Source of the DNA: Candidatus Rokuibacteriota bacterium
Lineage (GTDB): Bacteria > Methylomirabilota > Methylomirabilia > Rokubacteriales > CSP1-6
Length of the DNA: 44,937 nt
Reading direction: 5' to 3'
NCBI GenBank assembly: GCA_037446305.1
Contig: JBBIIW010000003.1
Coordinates: 1-44,937, forward strand
The notes beneath the pieces are model-generated. The model was not told where the DNA came from. It worked only from the letters and a program-made list of their open reading frames with translations, and did not search any database. This document shows positions 41,339 to 44,937 of this stretch, in pieces. The position numbers and the translations under genes were made by a program. Within the stretch, counting starts at the first letter, position 1. Every line of letters begins with the position of its first letter.

Positions 41339-42316
41339 GTGACGGCGCTCGTGCTCTGTGGCGGCGGCAGCCGCGGAGCCGTCGAGGTCGGGCTCTACCG
41401 CGCGCTGGTCGAGCTCCGGATCCCGATCGACCTCGTCGTCGGGACCTCCGTCGGCGCGATCAACGGGGCGGCGATCGCGGCGGGCCTGTCGCCCGACCAT
41501 CTCGCCCAGCTCTGGCGGGGCCTCAGGCGCCGTGACGTGGTCAGGTTCAACCGGCAGCTCTTCTGGAAGCTCGTGTGGGCCGACAGCCTCTTCGACCATC
41601 GCCCGCTCGGACGATTCCTCGAACGGAACCTGCCGGTGCGGCGGTTCGAGGAGCTCCGGATCCCGCTCATCGTCACCGGGACCGATTTCGGGACCGGCCG
41701 GTCGGTCTACTGGCGGCGTGGCGATCTCGTCGACGCCATCATGGCCAGTGTGGCGATGCCCGGGCTGTTTCCGCCGCAGGTCGTCGGGGGCGTCCAGCTC
41801 GTGGACGGCGGGATCACCGATAACGTTCCGATCGACGTCGCGGTGGCGGAGGGTGCCGACACGGTGATCGTCATGCTCTGCGCGTGCTGCGAGCGTGTGA
41901 GCGGCCCCGTTCGCGGGCTCTTCGCGATCCTCCGCCGAGCGCTGGCCATCGCCGTCGATCGGAAGTACCACGTCGAGGTGGAACGCTATGCCGGCTCGGC
42001 CGATCTGGTCGTGCTCGAGCCTCCCCTCGACCGCGCCATCGACCTGCTGGATTTCAGCCACTCGGACGAGCTGATCGAGCAGGGCTATGCCCGGGCCCTG
42101 GGGGCGCTGAAGGGGCGCCCGCTTCCAGGGGGCGGCCGCCGCCGCTCTGGCATGGCGCTGGCGGCGAGCGGAGCGCGTGGGGCGACCGCCACGGCCCCCG
42201 TCGGTGGCAACCTCGAGAACGGCGGACTGATGCGGGGCGGCCGGCGCGACCTCGTCGAGGCCGCCCAGCATTTCATGTCGGCGGTGGTGTTGTGGTGGGC
42301 GGCCGGCAAGGGCTGA
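41339..42316 (+). CDS. Patatin-like phospholipase
   Basis: LVLCGGGSRGAVEVG oxyanion motif, GTSVGA nucleophile elbow, and VDGGITDNVPI catalytic Asp motif. The GTG start is uncertain. Confidence 0.8.
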   Translation: MTALVLCGGGSRGAVEVGLYRALVELRIPIDLVVGTSVGAINGAAIAAGLSPDHLAQLWRGLRRRDVVRFNRQLFWKLVWADSLFDHRPLGRFLERNLPVRRFEELRIPLIVTGTDFGTGRSVYWRRGDLVDAIMASVAMPGLFPPQVVGGVQLVDGGITDNVPIDVAVAEGADTVIVMLCACCERVSGPVRGLFAILRRALAIAVDRKYHVEVERYAGSADLVVLEPPLDRAIDLLDFSHSDELIEQGYARALGALKGRPLPGGGRRRSGMALAASGARGATATAPVGGNLENGGLMRGGRRDLVEAAQHFMSAVVLWWAAGKG

Positions 42317-42384
42317 TCGGGTCCGGGAGCGGCGGCGCCGCTCGCCGAGCGCCGGCGGGGGGAGCTCGCCCAGGCCCGCGCGGC

Positions 42385-43089
42385 GTGGCGCCGGTGGCGC
42401 GGTCGACCGGACGCCGCGCGGTGAGGGTCGAGATCCGGGCGCTGGTGCCGCGACCGGCGCTGGCGCTGCTGCACGGCCCGCCGCGCCGGCGCAAGGTCGC
42501 GCGGACCGTGGGCGTGCTGTTCGTCGACATCCAGGGCTGCACGCGCCTGTGCGAGGACCTGCCGCCGGGGGAGATGGCGGCGGTGATCGAGCGCTACTTC
42601 TCGCGGTACCTCGACGCGGTCCGGGCGGCCGGGGGCGAGGTCACCGAGGTGCTGGGCGACGGGCTCCTGGCCTTGTTCGACGCGCCGGCCGTGGAGGCGG
42701 CGGCGCGGGCCGCCCTCGAGGCCGCGCGGGTGGTGCGGCGGGACACGTGCGCGCTCAACGGCCGCCGCGGTGACCACGACCCGATCACCGTGAACATGGG
42801 CCTGAACGCCGGCGTGGCGATGGTCGGCTTCACCCGCCTGCGCGGGCGGTCGGGCGAGCGGTGGGTGTACGGGGCAGCGGGGCCGGTCACGAACATCGCC
42901 GCCCGGCTCTGCGCGCTGGCGACCGGGGGCCAGATCCTCGCTCCGCGGGCCGTGGCCGAGTGCCTGCCGCCCGAATGCCGCTGGCGCCCGCTGGGGGCGC
43001 AACCGCTCAAGAACGTGACCGGCCCCGTCGAGATCGTGGAGATCCTGCCGGACGGCGCGCCGGCGGCGAGGAGGGGGACCGATGGCTGA
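42385..43089 (+). CDS. Stand-alone class III nucleotidyl cyclase catalytic domain
   Basis: VGVLFVDIQGCTRLCE, GGEVTEVLGDGLLALF, NMGLNAGVAMVG, YGAAGPVTNIAARL. The start is uncertain (GTG at 42385, 42394 or 42421). The 3' end overlaps merA by 8 nt. Confidence 0.75.
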   Translation: MAPVARSTGRRAVRVEIRALVPRPALALLHGPPRRRKVARTVGVLFVDIQGCTRLCEDLPPGEMAAVIERYFSRYLDAVRAAGGEVTEVLGDGLLALFDAPAVEAAARAALEAARVVRRDTCALNGRRGDHDPITVNMGLNAGVAMVGFTRLRGRSGERWVYGAAGPVTNIAARLCALATGGQILAPRAVAECLPPECRWRPLGAQPLKNVTGPVEIVEILPDGAPAARRGTDG

Positions 43090-44749
43090 ACGCGTTCAGG
43101 TCAGGCTCGACGTCCAGGGGATGACCTGCGATGGCTGTGCCGCGCACGTCGAGCAGGCCCTGCGCGGTGTGGCGGGCGTCGAGGAGGCGAAGGTTCCGAG
43201 CTGGCGCGGGGGGCAGGCGACGGTGACGGCCGGCCCCGCCGTGGTGGGCGACGAGGCCCTGGTCCGGGCCGTCGAGGCGGCCGGCTACCGCGCCCAGGTC
43301 CGCGAGCGCCGCGCGCTCCGCGAGGGCCAGCGCGTTCCCGCCCGGGGCGACAACACCTACGACCTGATGGTCGTGGGCGCCGGCTCGGCCGCCTTCGCGG
43401 CGGCCATCAAGGCCGCCGACCTCGGCGCCCGGGTGGCGCTGGTGGAGGCGGGCACCATCGGCGGCACCTGCGTGAACGTCGGCTGCGTGCCCTCGAAGAC
43501 GCTCATCAAGGCGGCCGAGCTCTGCTACCGCTCCGCGTACCCGAAATTCGAGGGGCTCACCGCCTGCCCGCCCCCCGCCGACTGGCAGCGCGTCGTCCAG
43601 CAGAAGGACGAGCTGGTCGCCGCCCTCCGGCAGGGCAAGTACGTGGACGTGATGAAGGTCTACCCGGGCATCACGCTCATCCGGGGGCGGGCGCGCCTGA
43701 CCGGGGGCGCGGCGCTGAGCGTGGACGGCGTCACCCACCGCCCGGGCAAGATCCTGGTCGCGACCGGGTCGCTGCCCTGGGCCCCACCGATCCCGGGTCT
43801 GGCCGAGGCGGGCTTCCTCGACTCGACCGATGCGCTGAGCCTGCCGGGCCTGCCGGCATCGCTCCTGGTCCTCGGCGCCGGCGCCATCGGCCTCGAGCTC
43901 GGGCAGCTCTTCGCCCGCTTCGGCGTGCGGGTGATGATCCTCGAGGCCGGCCCGCACGTGGCGGGCGGCGCGGAGCCGGAGATCGGGCGCGCGCTGACCG
44001 CCTATCTGGCGCAGGAAAAGATCCGGGTCTGCACGAACGTCAGGATCGAGCGGGTGGAGCGTACCGGCGGCGAGTACGCCGTGCACGCGGTCATCGACGG
44101 GCGGCCCGAGGTCTGCCGCGCCGAGCAGGTCCTCGTGGCCACCGGGCGGCGACCCAACACCGCGGACCTGGGTCTCGCCGCGGCCGGGGTCGAGCTGGGC
44201 CCGCGGGGGGAGATCAGGGTGAACGAACATCTCCAGACGGCGAATCCGGACATCTACGCGGCCGGCGACTGCGTCGGCGAGCCGATGCTCGTCTACGTCG
44301 CCGCCTACGCGGGCGGCCTGGCCGCCGAGAACGCCCTGACCGGGGCCGGCCGCGTGTACGACCTCTCGGCGCTCCCGCACGTGATCTTCACCGACCCCCA
44401 GGTGGCGAGCGTGGGCCTGACCGAGCGGGCCGCCAGGGCCGCGGGCAAGGCCGTCCGGACCGCCGTGCTCCCCCTCGAGCACGTGCCCCGGGCGCTGGCG
44501 GCCCGGGATCTGCGGGGGCTGTTCAAGCTGGTGGCCGACGGGGAGACCGGCAAGCTGCTCGGCGCCCACATCCTGGCCGACGAGGCGGGGGAGGTCATCC
44601 AGGCGGCGACCCTGGCGGTCAGGTTCGGGCTGCGTGTCCAGGACCTGATCGACACCTTCCACCCCTACCTCACGATGGCCGAAGGGCTCAAGCTGGCGGC
44701 CCTGAGCTTCGACAAGGACGTGGCCCGGCTCTCGTGCTGCGCCGCCTGA
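43082..44749 (+). CDS. merA: Mercuric reductase with an NmerA HMA domain
   Basis: GMTCDGC NmerA motif, GGTCVNVGCVPSK redox centre, HPYLTMAEGLKLAALSF, and the C-terminal Cys pair LSCCAA. Confidence 0.95.
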   Translation: MAERVQVRLDVQGMTCDGCAAHVEQALRGVAGVEEAKVPSWRGGQATVTAGPAVVGDEALVRAVEAAGYRAQVRERRALREGQRVPARGDNTYDLMVVGAGSAAFAAAIKAADLGARVALVEAGTIGGTCVNVGCVPSKTLIKAAELCYRSAYPKFEGLTACPPPADWQRVVQQKDELVAALRQGKYVDVMKVYPGITLIRGRARLTGGAALSVDGVTHRPGKILVATGSLPWAPPIPGLAEAGFLDSTDALSLPGLPASLLVLGAGAIGLELGQLFARFGVRVMILEAGPHVAGGAEPEIGRALTAYLAQEKIRVCTNVRIERVERTGGEYAVHAVIDGRPEVCRAEQVLVATGRRPNTADLGLAAAGVELGPRGEIRVNEHLQTANPDIYAAGDCVGEPMLVYVAAYAGGLAAENALTGAGRVYDLSALPHVIFTDPQVASVGLTERAARAAGKAVRTAVLPLEHVPRALAARDLRGLFKLVADGETGKLLGAHILADEAGEVIQAATLAVRFGLRVQDLIDTFHPYLTMAEGLKLAALSFDKDVARLSCCAA

Positions 44750-44809
44750 CCGAAGCCCGTCGAGAGGCGAGGTAACCCTCGGCCCCGGCGCCCGTTCTAT
44801 GGGGTAGGG

Positions 44810-44937
44810 ATGGAGTGCGAGGCGGCCCGCGAACGCTACGTGGAGGCGCTGGCGGCCGGGCGGCCGGCCCCGGCCGAGGTCGGGCGCCACGCCGAGGGCT
44901 GTGGGGCCTGCCGGGTCGAGCTGGCCCGGCTCGAGGC
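44810..44937 (+). CDS. zf-HC2 (anti-sigma-factor-like) protein, 3' end truncated by the window edge
   Basis: MECEAARERYVEALAAGRPAPAEVGRHAEGCGACRVELARLE contains the H-x3-C-x2-C motif. GGGGTAGGG RBS. Confidence 0.5.
   Translation, partial: MECEAARERYVEALAAGRPAPAEVGRHAEGCGACRVELARLE

Noticed and set aside
44773-44799. TAACCC-N14-CGTTCTA upstream of the partial zf-HC2 gene, as a degenerate copy of the ECF motif.
   Set aside because: Both the spacing and the -10 element differ from the four exact copies. It is too weak to call without a scoring model. It may still be an ECF-type promoter of another specificity.
1-44937. Searched for tRNA-Sec, selA/selB/selD, other tRNA or rRNA genes, CRISPR arrays, transposases, integrases and IS inverted repeats.
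   Set aside because: None recognised. Every TTCAA-type anticodon-loop candidate lies inside a well-supported coding region. No short direct-repeat/spacer pattern or mobile-element gene was seen. Absence from this window says nothing about the rest of the genome.

Overview
Very GC-rich bacterial (diderm, probably metagenome-derived) window, densely coding and dominated by metal and redox homeostasis genes. Main blocks, left to right. (1) 1-1.9 kb: a decayed block holding a disrupted GT2 glycosyltransferase, an OsmC-like gene and a frameshifted DUF547 gene. (2) 2.9-7.1 kb, minus strand: a sulfite-reductase/siroheme operon. (3) 7.2-13.6 kb: a MerR-type promoter and regulator, a P1B ATPase, a membrane-anchored protein, a thioredoxin-like protein, CcdA, a periplasmic MerP-like HMA protein and a flavoprotein disulfide reductase. 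(4) ECF sigma genes, GH15 hydrolases, DedA, an RpoD-like sigma and a transaldolase-like protein. (5) 22.5-34.5 kb: one tightly coupled operon with TolC, MFP, RND, two DUF302 proteins, a YtkA-like lipoprotein, a Met-rich membrane protein and a glucoamylase. (6) A fused membrane/spermidine-synthase-like TPR protein, glucose dehydrogenase, a merB-like remnant, patatin, a small class III cyclase overlapping a canonical merA, and a partial zf-HC2 gene. The two strongest signals are these. (a) Three genes carry an in-frame TGA exactly where a redox or metal-binding Cys is expected (OsmC, thioredoxin-like UxxC, MerP-like CxxU). Each TGA is followed by a hairpin, and two of the genes flank CcdA and a flavoprotein. 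I read this as a candidate selenocysteine-based transmembrane reducing and metal-handling relay. (b) An exactly spaced motif, AAACyy-N15-CGAATAC, occurs four times, always just upstream of a start codon: both ECF sigma genes, the TolC/RND operon and an unannotated ORF. It looks like an ECF-type regulon promoter. No tRNA, rRNA, CRISPR array, transposase or sel gene was recognised. All family assignments rest on motif recognition by eye, because no searches could be run.
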